DNA of 49,325 nucleotides from a virus (Duplodnaviria > Caudoviricetes), in IMG/VR virus record IMGVR_UViG_3300017700_000166, positions 1 through 49,325 of that record; one strand, written 5' to 3'. Shown in pieces: positions 26,171 to 36,213 of this stretch; the first letter of the stretch is position 1; each line of letters starts with the position of its first letter. The notes under the pieces were generated by a model. It made no database searches. It saw only the letters and a list, made by a program, of their open reading frames with translations, and was not told the DNA's origin. A program made the translations under genes and the position numbers.

Positions 26171-27142
26171 ATGTCTGGTTTCGCCTATTACAACAACGAA
26201 CATCTCGTTCGTGCTAACATCTGGTCTACTCAGGTCAAAGAGGTTCTTCTCGAAGAACTGATCGGCATGAAGTACATCGACATGATCTCGGACTTCCCTG
26301 ATGGTGATACCATCAACATTCCGACGATCGGTCAGATGGAAACTCTGGACTTCGCAGAAGGTCAGGCTATCCGTTACACCGGCATGGATACCGGCAACTT
26401 CACGTTCTCGATCAACAAGTACAAGTCTTCGGCGACTTTCATCACCGAGAAGATGAAGCAGGACTCGTTCTACATGAACCGTCTCGTTTCTTCGTTTGTA
26501 CCCAAGATGGCTCGTGCTATCGCTAAGGCGATGGAACTCGATGCCCTCGCGATCGGTCCGAACTCGCAGGTTGCTGCCAGCAACAACTCCATCAACGGTG
26601 CTGCGCATCGCTTCATGGGTTCCGGTACCGTCAACGGTCTCGTCGCTATCTCGCCGAAGGACTTCGCTCTGGCTAAGTTCGCACTTGCCAAGGCTAACGT
26701 GCCGATGACTAACCTCGTCGCCATCGTTGACCCGTCGGTCGGCTACCAGCTTGAGACTCTGACCAATCTCGTGAACGTCTCGAATAACCCCCATTGGGAA
26801 GGCGTGATCGCTACTGGTCTGTCGACTGGTACGCGCTTCGTCAAGAACGTCTACGGCTTTGACGTCTACGAGTCCCAGAACCTGCCGCAGGGTCTCACCG
26901 AGACCATCGCCGGTACTTCCGGTGGCACCGTCACCACGAACGGTGTGGCCAACGTCTTCTTCTCGGCTGCTCCTGACGTTCTGCCCTTCATCGGTGCTGT
27001 TCGCCAGCCCCCGAAGGTCGACTCCGAGTTCAACAAAGACTTGCAGCGTGAAGAGTACGTAACGACCACCCGGTACGATTTCAAGATGTATCGTCCCGAG
27101 AACTTCGTTGCCGTGCTCACTGACGCCACCGCAGTCGCTTAA
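26171..27142 (+). CDS. Major capsid protein
   Basis: 323 aa; IWS..V, FPDGDTINIPTIG, YGFDVY.S, terminal RPE; strong codon bias. Confidence 0.9.
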   Translation: MSGFAYYNNEHLVRANIWSTQVKEVLLEELIGMKYIDMISDFPDGDTINIPTIGQMETLDFAEGQAIRYTGMDTGNFTFSINKYKSSATFITEKMKQDSFYMNRLVSSFVPKMARAIAKAMELDALAIGPNSQVAASNNSINGAAHRFMGSGTVNGLVAISPKDFALAKFALAKANVPMTNLVAIVDPSVGYQLETLTNLVNVSNNPHWEGVIATGLSTGTRFVKNVYGFDVYESQNLPQGLTETIAGTSGGTVTTNGVANVFFSAAPDVLPFIGAVRQPPKVDSEFNKDLQREEYVTTTRYDFKMYRPENFVAVLTDATAVA

Positions 27143-27153
27143 GGAAATATAAT

Positions 27154-27651
27154 ATGCCTGTTTTTTACAACGCTGACGGTCTTCGCGTAAAGTACGGTCC
27201 GTCCGAAGGTGTGGCTGGTGCTGGCGGTGAATATCGCACCCTCGGCCCTAACCGTGAAGAGGAGCTGATTATCAATCTGGCTACTCTTACTAACACGGCG
27301 ACTTACATCGATCAGGATACTTCGGTCGGACGTACTGCGTTCATCGAGAGTGTCGAGATCGAGACACTCGTCACCGCTACCTCTGGTGGTTCTGCCACCC
27401 TCTCGGTCGGTCTTAAGCAGTCCGACCAGACGACCAACATTTCGGATACGGCTCTGGTGAACGCTCTGGCTTTGGCCACGTTCGCTGCGGCTGGCACAAA
27501 GGTGATCCTGACCGTCGGTTCAACCGGCGCTGGTTCCTCGATTGGTGTTAAGTCCACCGTTGTTGGTCTGGCCACTGCGAAGTGGAATACCGCGGCCTTT
27601 ACCGCAGGTAAGATTGCGATCCGTATCCGTTATAACTTCCTGCTCGCGTAA
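27154..27651 (+). CDS. Putative capsid decoration / minor virion protein
   Basis: N.DGL.V.YG start; beta-rich; follows the MCP. Confidence 0.65.
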   Translation: MPVFYNADGLRVKYGPSEGVAGAGGEYRTLGPNREEELIINLATLTNTATYIDQDTSVGRTAFIESVEIETLVTATSGGSATLSVGLKQSDQTTNISDTALVNALALATFAAAGTKVILTVGSTGAGSSIGVKSTVVGLATAKWNTAAFTAGKIAIRIRYNFLLA

Positions 27652-27660
27652 GGGATTATA

Positions 27661-28047
27661 ATGGCTGACGCTCGACTCGGCAAGGAAAATACGCTCGACT
27701 TTAACGGTCTGCGTATTGAAGCCAGCCAGTTGTCGTTGGGTCAAGGTGTTAAAACCGCATCGGCTACGGCTGGTGCGGCTACCCTTAACCAACCCTCTGG
27801 TTCAATCACCTCGGAAAGTTTGTCTACAGCAGCTGCTGGTACGTACACTCTCGTGCTTACCAATACTACCGCAAATGTTGGCGACATCGTTCAATCGACT
27901 GTTAACGGCGGTACCAATACTGGTGGCCAGCCTGTTGTCGCTAGTGCAGTAGCTACTGCTAATACTATTACCTTTAAGGTTTACAATCTCGGTGCTGCTG
28001 CTTTCAACGGCACGGTGGTTGTCGGCTATAACCTAATCAAGGCTTGA
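27661..28047 (+). CDS. Putative virion structural protein
   Basis: A/T/G-rich, beta-strand-like. Confidence 0.6.
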   Translation: MADARLGKENTLDFNGLRIEASQLSLGQGVKTASATAGAATLNQPSGSITSESLSTAAAGTYTLVLTNTTANVGDIVQSTVNGGTNTGGQPVVASAVATANTITFKVYNLGAAAFNGTVVVGYNLIKA

Positions 28048-28048
28048 T

Positions 28049-28819
28049 ATGGCAACGATACATAAAAACCTAACGGGAGCTGATCTCCACGAACCTAAAG
28101 GCGCGGACACGGCTCTGGCTGGGCGTGTTTATGTATCTAATGGTGCTGGCAGTGGTTCTTGGACGGACGCTGCCAGCGTTATTACCAACACGGCCTTTAC
28201 GACTGGCGACGCCAAACTCACTCTGAAGTCCACGGCTGATACCGGCTGGATTTTGTTTGATGACGGCACTATCGGTGACGGTTCTTCCGGCGCAACTACT
28301 CGCGCGAATGCCGACACTCAACCCCTGTTTAATCTTCTGTGGCCTCTAGCGGATTGTGTAATCTCTGGTGGCAAAGGTGCTTCTGCTGCGGCTGACTACG
28401 CTGCGCATAAAGCCATTTCTATTCCCAAGACTCTGGGTCGCGCTCTCGCTATTGCCGGTGCAGGTTCAGGTCTGACGTCCCGCGCGCTAGCTAGTGTACT
28501 AGGTGGTGAAAGTAAAACCCTTGGGTTGACTGATCTACCTCCGGTCAACATCACCGTCACTCCAGCTTCTTACGGCTTTTCGTCTTCGTCTAACCAGTGG
28601 TTGTTCTCTTCTGGTGCGAACGCAGGTGCTCCATCAGGCAATCCTTTGTTTGCCATGACCGCAGCCATCGGAGCAGGAACCGTCACCGGTACTGTTACGG
28701 TTAACCCTGTTATCAACACCGGTGTGGGTACTCCTTACCTTAACCAAACCGGGCAGCCTGCTGCGGCATTCTCTCTGATGCAGCCTACGACCTTCCTGAA
28801 CATCATGGTTAAACTGTAA
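28049..28819 (+). CDS. Fibre protein with tail-collar-like region
   Basis: H..LTGADLHEPKG N-terminus; TGD.K..GW...DG.TIG; G.LGGE; MQPT..LNI.VKL end. Confidence 0.7.
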   Translation: MATIHKNLTGADLHEPKGADTALAGRVYVSNGAGSGSWTDAASVITNTAFTTGDAKLTLKSTADTGWILFDDGTIGDGSSGATTRANADTQPLFNLLWPLADCVISGGKGASAAADYAAHKAISIPKTLGRALAIAGAGSGLTSRALASVLGGESKTLGLTDLPPVNITVTPASYGFSSSSNQWLFSSGANAGAPSGNPLFAMTAAIGAGTVTGTVTVNPVINTGVGTPYLNQTGQPAAAFSLMQPTTFLNIMVKL

Positions 28820-30492
28820 TGAAGCTTTCTCTAACCGATCTCGCTAACCTTCAGAATGAGAATTCTGCTGTTGCGAACATTAACGCTAATAACACAGCGA
28901 TCGAGACCGCGTTAGAGAATACGTTGTCTCGTGACGGTACGGCACCCAACCAAATGGGTGCTAACTTCGACATGAACAGCAATAGGATACTCAACCTTCC
29001 TAAGCCTGTTAACAACGACGAACCACTTCGTCTTCAGGACTTGAGTGACTTCTACGGAACCGGAGTAGTCTCGAACATCCCTCCGGGGGGTAACTCCGGC
29101 GACGTCCTCGCTAAGACCGCTGGTACAGATTACGCCTTCGGCTGGGTCTCTGACTCTAATCTGATCACCGCAGGCACTAATATCGTTAAAGCCGGTACCA
29201 GCCCTGTCACGATCAGTACTACGCTGACTCCGGCATTCACCACCGTTAACGGCTTGACGTTGACTACGTCCACCGGAACGCTCACCATTGCGAACGGCAA
29301 GACGGTCACAGTTAATAATACGCTGACCTTCACCGGAACTGATACATCTACTGCTGACTTCGGTGCTGGTGGTACGGTAGCCTACAAGGGTTCACCACTC
29401 AGTCAGTTCGCCTCGACTACATCCAGCCAGCTTGCTGGCGTTATCTCCGATGAGACTGGATCAGGGGCGCTCGTCTTTGGGACTAGCCCTGTTTTAGTTA
29501 CGCCAAATCTTGGCACGCCTTCGGCGGTTACGCTGACTAACGGTACGGGACTTCCGATCTCTACGGGCGTCTCCGGCTTGGCTACGGGTATCGCCACGTT
29601 CTTGGCTACTCCGACCAGCGCCAACCTGATTGCAGCAGTTACCAACGAAACGGGCACCGGTAGCCTTGTCTTTGGAACTTCTCCTACGCTGACTACACCG
29701 GTCATCGCGAGTATCGTTAATACCGGTACACTAACCCTTCCGACCACTACCGATACGTTGGTGGGTCGCCAAACCACAGACACGCTGACTAACAAGTCCA
29801 TCTCTGGTGCGACTAATACACTTAGTGCAATCGCACTGTCCAGCCACGCCACTCAGGCTGCTTACACGTTCGTAGGCAACAATACTAGCTCGGCTGCTGC
29901 TCCTACGGCAGTTGACATCGCTGCGTTGACGACTAAGGCCAGCCCTGCGGCTGGTGACTACGTCATGATCTCCGATCAGGCAGCCACGGGTGCTTGGAAG
30001 AAGGTCACTGTGTCCTCGCTGGCCTCGGCTGGTTCGGTCGCGAGTATCGCCGGTAACACTGGTGCATTTACACTCGGCACCGGCCTGACTAACGCAGTCA
30101 ACGACATCAGGGTCAGCTTGTCTAGTCTGACTAACAGCCTTGGCGCGGACGTTGCTCTGAGCAATACCGGTCTGTACTTTGACGGGCCTAGTGTGGCGCA
30201 GGGTACGTCTGGAACTTGGTTTGCCTCTGGGTCCATTACGCTGAATGATACTGCTGGCGGCGCTCAGTACCGCGCGAAGCTGTGGGACGGAACTACAATT
30301 ATAGCCAGCACAATCTTCACGTCCGGATCTGCGAGTTTTCGTATCCAGCTCAGTTTGTCAGGCATCATCACATCCCCCGCCGGCAATATCCGCATCTCGG
30401 TGCAGGACGTTTCTTCTACCTCGGGTGTTATCGAATCTAACGTGGTTGGAAACGGCAAAGACAGTGTTCTAACCGCAATAAGGATTGCCTAA
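28819..30492 (+). CDS. Tail fibre protein
   Basis: LSRDGT.PNQM...DMNSNRILNLP anchor; repeated ETG.G.LVFGTSP.L.TP; T/G/A-rich. Confidence 0.8.
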   Translation: MKLSLTDLANLQNENSAVANINANNTAIETALENTLSRDGTAPNQMGANFDMNSNRILNLPKPVNNDEPLRLQDLSDFYGTGVVSNIPPGGNSGDVLAKTAGTDYAFGWVSDSNLITAGTNIVKAGTSPVTISTTLTPAFTTVNGLTLTTSTGTLTIANGKTVTVNNTLTFTGTDTSTADFGAGGTVAYKGSPLSQFASTTSSQLAGVISDETGSGALVFGTSPVLVTPNLGTPSAVTLTNGTGLPISTGVSGLATGIATFLATPTSANLIAAVTNETGTGSLVFGTSPTLTTPVIASIVNTGTLTLPTTTDTLVGRQTTDTLTNKSISGATNTLSAIALSSHATQAAYTFVGNNTSSAAAPTAVDIAALTTKASPAAGDYVMISDQAATGAWKKVTVSSLASAGSVASIAGNTGAFTLGTGLTNAVNDIRVSLSSLTNSLGADVALSNTGLYFDGPSVAQGTSGTWFASGSITLNDTAGGAQYRAKLWDGTTIIASTIFTSGSASFRIQLSLSGIITSPAGNIRISVQDVSSTSGVIESNVVGNGKDSVLTAIRIA

Positions 30493-31250
30493 TGGTTCCC
30501 ACTCTTACGGATTTCGGTGCCGTCGGTGACGATTTTACTATGAACGATGCGGCGTTCGCCGCTTGGATTATCGCTGCCCAAAACGTAGGTGTTGGTTACG
30601 TCCCTCCGGGGACTTTTCGAATATCGGCTCCGGGTATCTTTATTACTCGCCCAGTGCGCATCTACGGAGCCGGAGAGTTCGCTTCTAAAATCAGAACGTG
30701 TGGCACAGGCGGTGTAGCGCAGCTCTTCGCTTGTGTCGGTCCTGCTGGTGGCGGCTCTAGTTTGGTTATTGAAGACCTTGCCATCATCGGCCCGATCAGT
30801 GTGTCTTCAGGGCAGCCTTTTACACTCGTCAATAACTCTCGGGCTATTATTCGCCGTTGTCGTATCGATGCGTGGCCTCGCGGTATCTGGGTCTCAGCAA
30901 GTTACGCCTGCATCTTCGAGCAGTGTACCTTTACTAACCTTCGGGGGGCAGGCATCAGCTTTAACTCCGATGACTCCGCTAACGGGTCTACCATCCGAGA
31001 GAACTCCTTCTTCGCCTGCGGTAACCTCGAAGGCGGCTACGCCATTGACGTTCCGAGCATGGGTTACGAAGGTACTATTAGCGTGCTAGGCAACGACATT
31101 GAAGGTTGCTGGAGTGCCATGCGCTTCCAGAACTGTTCCAAGGGCAAGATCAACGGCAATTGGATGGAGTGGCAAAACGCTTACGACATCACCACCCACA
31201 ACTGCGGGTCGTACCCTGAGTTCGACACTACAGGAAACTTTATCATATGA
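30492..31250 (+). CDS. Right-handed beta-helix protein (pectate-lyase-like tailspike or depolymerase)
   Basis: DFGAVGD...D.AAF, Y.PPGTF, I.GAG, repeated I..N/C.F. Confidence 0.75.
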   Translation: MVPTLTDFGAVGDDFTMNDAAFAAWIIAAQNVGVGYVPPGTFRISAPGIFITRPVRIYGAGEFASKIRTCGTGGVAQLFACVGPAGGGSSLVIEDLAIIGPISVSSGQPFTLVNNSRAIIRRCRIDAWPRGIWVSASYACIFEQCTFTNLRGAGISFNSDDSANGSTIRENSFFACGNLEGGYAIDVPSMGYEGTISVLGNDIEGCWSAMRFQNCSKGKINGNWMEWQNAYDITTHNCGSYPEFDTTGNFII

Positions 31251-31501
31251 ACTGGCTTACTAAACTCAAACGAGAATGGAAGACCTTCAGTCTGGCTGTT
31301 CTTACTACGGCCGTGGGTGCGTGGGATGTCGCTAGTACGTCCGGGTACGATCTTTCTCCGATTGTGCCTGAGCAATACCGTCCCTACGCCGTCCCTGCGA
31401 TTGGTATCTCTTTCCTTCTGCTCCGGCGGTACACAGATCGCAAGACTGTAACCGAAGTCGTAGAAACCAAGACCATCGAAAAGACTGACACCGATGCTTA
31501 A
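31247..31501 (+). CDS. Membrane protein, holin candidate
   Basis: Two hydrophobic segments, LR..T motif, charged C-tail. Confidence 0.55.
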   Translation: MNWLTKLKREWKTFSLAVLTTAVGAWDVASTSGYDLSPIVPEQYRPYAVPAIGISFLLLRRYTDRKTVTEVVETKTIEKTDTDA

Positions 31502-31874
31502 CTTTATTCTGAGTTCGATCCCGATCATCGGTAAGATTATCGATGCTTACTCGGCATACGCTCAGAAGAAGGAAGACGTTGCCCTTGAGAAGTACAAAGT
31601 AGACGGGCGGGTCGATAGCGATCTTATCCTCGCCCACGTCTCCATTATCCAAGCCCAGCGAGACCTACTGAAGAACCAGTGGCTTGTTGCTCTGCAAGTT
31701 GGCTTCGGTGTTCCGCTGATGATCTACTACGGTAAGTGCGTTCTTTGGGACGCTACTTTCGGTTGGGGTCACACCGATCCGCTTTGGGGTGACATCTCTA
31801 AATACAGCCTCTGGATTGTCGGTTTCCTTTTTCTGCACTCTACCATCTCTGATTGGGGACGAAAGACTAAATGA
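31494..31874 (+). CDS. Membrane protein, 3TM holin-like
   Basis: N-terminal amphipathic helix, two C-terminal TM segments, basic tail. Confidence 0.55.
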   Translation: MLNFILSSIPIIGKIIDAYSAYAQKKEDVALEKYKVDGRVDSDLILAHVSIIQAQRDLLKNQWLVALQVGFGVPLMIYYGKCVLWDATFGWGHTDPLWGDISKYSLWIVGFLFLHSTISDWGRKTK

Positions 31875-32644
31875 TTAGATACTCCCTGCTGGACGTTGTC
31901 CAGAAGACTTTGTCTAGCATGGACTCTGACGAAGTCAACTCCATTCTGGATACTACCGAGAGCCTTCAGGTGGCTACCTGCGCTGAGATCGTCTACAATG
32001 ACTTGATCCAGACGGCAGACCTACCTGAGCAGTACCGGCTTTTCAGTCTTACACCTACGACCGACCCGATCTATCCGATCGTTATGTACCGCCCCCTCAG
32101 CTTTGAGTCTGTGGATTGGATTAAGTACAAACGATCTTTAGCAGACACATCAGACGGTAAACTCTATTGGACGCTGCTTCATCCTATTCTCTTTGATGAG
32201 TTCTTGAAGCGGCAGGACGGTATGAGTCTCGACGACCCTAACGTGGCTGAAATGGACCTTGTCCTTCCGAGTACAACGCTTCAAATCCTGTACTACACGG
32301 ACCGCAGCCCCGATTACTACACCACTTTCGACGATAACACCATTCTCTTCAACTCCATCGACAAAGGTGTTGACGATACTCTCCAGTCCAGCAAGACGCT
32401 GTGCTACGGTCAATACTCGACACAGTTCCTGAACATCGATAGTTTCACTCCTACGTTCGACAGCCAAGTCCACATGCTCTGGCTGCACGAGACTAAAGCA
32501 CTGGCTTCGGCCGAGATGCGGCAGGTCAATAACATCAAGGCGGAGAAGGCCGCTCGCAAGACTTGGATCAAACTCCAAGACGATAAGCAGGCTATTAACA
32601 CCGGCAGCTACTACAAGAAGCTTCCCAACTACGGTAGAAAATAA
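31871..32644 (+). CDS. Tail adaptor (tubular protein A-like)
   Basis: [36 protein letters not shown]. Confidence 0.8.
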   Translation: MIRYSLLDVVQKTLSSMDSDEVNSILDTTESLQVATCAEIVYNDLIQTADLPEQYRLFSLTPTTDPIYPIVMYRPLSFESVDWIKYKRSLADTSDGKLYWTLLHPILFDEFLKRQDGMSLDDPNVAEMDLVLPSTTLQILYYTDRSPDYYTTFDDNTILFNSIDKGVDDTLQSSKTLCYGQYSTQFLNIDSFTPTFDSQVHMLWLHETKALASAEMRQVNNIKAEKAARKTWIKLQDDKQAINTGSYYKKLPNYGRK

Positions 32645-32898
32645 TGCACAACTTTGAAGTACGGCCCAGCAATGTCCGGGTTATCGAGCTTGAGAACGGC
32701 AACAAGCTGAATATGACCCGTAATGATCCTTACGGTTTCATTACTTTCAGTCTTGAAAGGGGCCAGCTTCCGGACAATCTTAAGGACGCTAGTTTCACAG
32801 AATGGCACATCGCTGAGGTTGCCGCTAAGAAGTACATCCTAGAACGCCAATCCGTGGTCGCTGAGATCAAAGAAAAGCCCACCAAGAAAGCTTCGTAA
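32644..32898 (+). CDS. Hypothetical protein
   Basis: PYGF...G.LP..L...FT motif; coupled. Confidence 0.7.
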   Translation: MHNFEVRPSNVRVIELENGNKLNMTRNDPYGFITFSLERGQLPDNLKDASFTEWHIAEVAAKKYILERQSVVAEIKEKPTKKAS

Positions 32899-35034
32899 AT
32901 GCCCCGTAACGCAAGTTCAGCAATTGAGAATAGCTTTATTGGTGGCTTCGTTACGCAGGCTACTGCCCTTAACTTTCCTGAAAATGCTATCTTCGATCAA
33001 GACAACATCGTTGTCTCCGAGCGAGCCATCGTCCAACGCCGGAACGGTTTTGACTACGAGAACAACTTCGTAGAGTTCACCGCTAGCAATACCGAAAAAG
33101 CCCAAGGTACTTATTACTGGAAGAACGCTGGTGGCAACGGTGACGTCAACCTTGTCGTCCACCAAGACGGTGGCGTTCTTTATTTCTACAATACGTCGGT
33201 CGGTCTTAGCCTTAGCGCTGGTAAGTCTGCCAACTCCGTGGCTTTGAGTTCCTTTCAGGCTTCTGGTTCTACCGCCGACAACCTCGACCAGAACGAATGC
33301 CAGTTCTCGGCTGGTCTGGGCTATCTTTTTGTTGTCCATCCTTATTGTGATCCGTTTTACGTCCGGTATAACATCGCCGACGGAACTTTCTCGTCGAGCA
33401 TCATTACGTTCCAAATCCGTGATCTAGTTGGCATCGAAGAAGCTTCGCTAGTCGACAACCGCCCGACGTCACTTAGTGATGTTCATAAGTACAACCTATT
33501 CAACCAAGGCTGGGACTCGTCGAAGATTACGGTGATGCACACCGCTCTGTCTACGACCTACCCTAGCAACGCCGATGTCTGGTGGATTTTCAAAGACAGC
33601 TCAGACGTCTTCGCTCCGTCTACCACCCTAGCTAATAACTCCCGAGGGTCTAGTCCTGCTCCAAAAGGGTTCTTTCGTATCAACCCTTGGAACACGGCCC
33701 GTGCAGCTACGGCTTTAGCGCAGGCTGGTGTTACAGTTTCCTTGTCCGGGGCTGACGAAACGTCGGGCATCCTGCGACCGAGCGTCACCGAGTTCCATGC
33801 TGGGCGTGTCTTCTACACTGGTGTGAACGTCACCGGCTACAACTCTCGGATTTACTTTTCTAAGATCGTACAGAAGCCCGCTGACTTTGGTCTGTGTATG
33901 ACCGACAACGATCAGACCTCTGAGACGTTGTTTGACTTCCTTCCGAGTGATGGCGGCATCATCGCAATCCCTCAGGCTGGAACGATCTTCCGGTTGGTCT
34001 CACTAGGCCCTACTCTTTTGGTCTTCGGCGCTAATGGCGTCTGGGCTATCTCTGGTAGCACCGGCGTAGGCTTCTCGGCTACGGATTACACTGTGGCTTC
34101 CGTCTCAGACGCACGTAGCATCTCAGGGACTAGCTTTGTTAACGCAGCAGGTGCTGTCGCATGGTGGAACAACACCGGCATCAACATTTGCCAGAGCGAC
34201 AAGAACGGTTTGTCTGTCGTGTCTATGACGGACGAAAAGATCAAAGATTACTACCTAGAACTTCCGAGTTTGGGTCGTCGCTTCGCGAGAGGTACGTACA
34301 ACCCTAGGACTCACGTCATCCAGTGGTTGTTCCGAAAAGAACCTGCCGCAGGTATCACTGAGACGTACACCTTCGACACTGTCTTGAACTTTAATACGCT
34401 GATCGGGGCCTTCTATACTTGGAGTATCCCGGAGACAGCCGTTGATGTACAAAGCATCGTTACGCTCGAAGGCTCAGGTAGTCTCGTAGGCTCTGACAAC
34501 ATCGTCGACAACACTGCTACTCAGGTCGTGGATAACCTCGGTAATAACCTAATTACGTACGGCTTCACCCAGACAACTGTTACTACGACTACGAAGTTCC
34601 TTCTCTACTCAGGGGGTAAGTTCTCCTTCGGAGAGTGCTTTAACGTTGCGTACAAAGATTGGACCCAGAAGATCGAGGGCGGCAGCGATTACTCGTCCTT
34701 CTTCACTACTGGTTACAAGATCAAGACGCAGGGTGAACGTCGTTTCCAGACTAACTACATCTTCATCTTTACCGACCTAGAAGACGGCCTGAACAGCTAT
34801 ACGTTCCAAGCCCTCTGGAACTACGGCAATTCAGGTAACACAGGTGAATGGACTGCAAAGCAGACTATTAACCAAACAGTGACCCACGCGGAGACAAACT
34901 ATGACGCTTCCAGACGACGACTTAAAGTCAGAGGCTCAGGAACTTCCCTACAGTTCAAGTTTCTTTCCGTCTCAGGATTGCCCTTCAACATCGTTGGATG
35001 GTCCACCTACGACACAGCGAACGCCTCAGCATAG
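32899..35034 (+). CDS. Tail nozzle (tubular protein B-like)
   Basis: N.FIGG..T.AT.LNFPE, F..GRVFY.G, DGG.I.IP, K.RGSG..LQ, GW. Confidence 0.85.
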   Translation: MPRNASSAIENSFIGGFVTQATALNFPENAIFDQDNIVVSERAIVQRRNGFDYENNFVEFTASNTEKAQGTYYWKNAGGNGDVNLVVHQDGGVLYFYNTSVGLSLSAGKSANSVALSSFQASGSTADNLDQNECQFSAGLGYLFVVHPYCDPFYVRYNIADGTFSSSIITFQIRDLVGIEEASLVDNRPTSLSDVHKYNLFNQGWDSSKITVMHTALSTTYPSNADVWWIFKDSSDVFAPSTTLANNSRGSSPAPKGFFRINPWNTARAATALAQAGVTVSLSGADETSGILRPSVTEFHAGRVFYTGVNVTGYNSRIYFSKIVQKPADFGLCMTDNDQTSETLFDFLPSDGGIIAIPQAGTIFRLVSLGPTLLVFGANGVWAISGSTGVGFSATDYTVASVSDARSISGTSFVNAAGAVAWWNNTGINICQSDKNGLSVVSMTDEKIKDYYLELPSLGRRFARGTYNPRTHVIQWLFRKEPAAGITETYTFDTVLNFNTLIGAFYTWSIPETAVDVQSIVTLEGSGSLVGSDNIVDNTATQVVDNLGNNLITYGFTQTTVTTTTKFLLYSGGKFSFGECFNVAYKDWTQKIEGGSDYSSFFTTGYKIKTQGERRFQTNYIFIFTDLEDGLNSYTFQALWNYGNSGNTGEWTAKQTINQTVTHAETNYDASRRRLKVRGSGTSLQFKFLSVSGLPFNIVGWSTYDTANASA

Positions 35035-35446
35035 TATCGAGGACGTCTTCCGTGTCGAAGCAGAGATGCTTAAGATGCCTCAGGTTGAACTCCCGGTTAA
35101 ACATATCTTCTCTCCGGGAGTCTACGCCAGAGAATTAACGATTTACGCGGGCTGCGTCCTAACCGGGGCAGTCCACAAGTACGAGCAATTGAACATCCTT
35201 TCCTCCGGCACAATGAGGCTGCTTACAGATGACGGTTTCAAAGACATCTCCGCGCCCTTTACTTGTGTCTCCCCCGCAGGGACTAAGAGGATTGCTCTTG
35301 CAATTACTGATTGCGTTTGGACTACTATACTTGCTACTTCTGACACAGATGTGGAGAGCATTGAGAAACACTTTGTCTGCAAGACAGAACAGGAATACAT
35401 AGAATGGCATTCGCAGTCTCATCTGTTATCGCCGCCGTCGGTGTAG
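34901..35446 (+). CDS. Cupin-like phage protein
   Basis: H.FSPGVYARE..I.AG..LTG.VHK, SPAGTKR; GGAG RBS before 34901. Confidence 0.7.
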   Translation: MTLPDDDLKSEAQELPYSSSFFPSQDCPSTSLDGPPTTQRTPQHSIEDVFRVEAEMLKMPQVELPVKHIFSPGVYARELTIYAGCVLTGAVHKYEQLNILSSGTMRLLTDDGFKDISAPFTCVSPAGTKRIALAITDCVWTTILATSDTDVESIEKHFVCKTEQEYIEWHSQSHLLSPPSV

Positions 35447-36213
35447 GTGTAGCGGCTTATGGCACCTACTCCAGCATCTCGGCCCAAAAGGATGCAGCCG
35501 AACAGAACGCACAAGCCGCAGCCAAGCAGGGCGAGATCGCTCAGCTTCAAGCTGGCAACGTAGACATCCAGAAGCAGCAGCTCAATCTTAGTACTCAACA
35601 GCAGCAGCTTCAGATCGAAACCCAGAAGTCGGTTATCGCGCAACAGGCGCAAGCAGACGAGCTTCGCAATCAGGCTAGTATCCTAGACGCGACCCGCAAA
35701 CGCCGAGACGTCATCAGGCAGGGTATTGTAGCCAACGCTACATCCTTGACTAACGCGACCAACCAAGGCGCTGCCGGTCCCGGTAGTACTGCTTTGGCTC
35801 AGTCCGCTAACGATATCTCAGGCCAGTCTGGTGTGAACCTCACCGGTATTAACCAGAACCTTGAGCTTGGTCAAAAGCTCTTCGCAATTAACAAGAACAT
35901 CTCTAGCATCTACCTGAACGCTCAGGACCAGAACGCTTCGTACGTCGCACAAGGCAAAGCCCTTCAGGACAGCGTCCTAGACACACAGAAGCAGATTTAT
36001 AGTCTCGGCGGAGAGATCAGCCAGAATTATAGTAACGCTGCAACCTCCGCAGGTAATGCTGCCATCGGGGCAGGACTGACCAGCCTCGGTACTTCAGTTG
36101 CTAACGCCTACCCAACACTGAACCGTATCACTAACTACTTCGGGGCTAGTAGCTCCAGTAGCGGTAACAACTACGGTTATACAGCCAGTACATACGGTAA
36201 CGGACAGACTTAA
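35404..36213 (+). CDS. Internal virion (ejection) protein
   Basis: Hydrophobic G/A N-terminus, Q/A-rich coiled coil. Confidence 0.75.
   Translation: MAFAVSSVIAAVGVGVAAYGTYSSISAQKDAAEQNAQAAAKQGEIAQLQAGNVDIQKQQLNLSTQQQQLQIETQKSVIAQQAQADELRNQASILDATRKRRDVIRQGIVANATSLTNATNQGAAGPGSTALAQSANDISGQSGVNLTGINQNLELGQKLFAINKNISSIYLNAQDQNASYVAQGKALQDSVLDTQKQIYSLGGEISQNYSNAATSAGNAAIGAGLTSLGTSVANAYPTLNRITNYFGASSSSSGNNYGYTASTYGNGQT

Noticed and set aside
26096-26794. 232-aa antisense ORF over the MCP
   Set aside because: Codon-bias shadow
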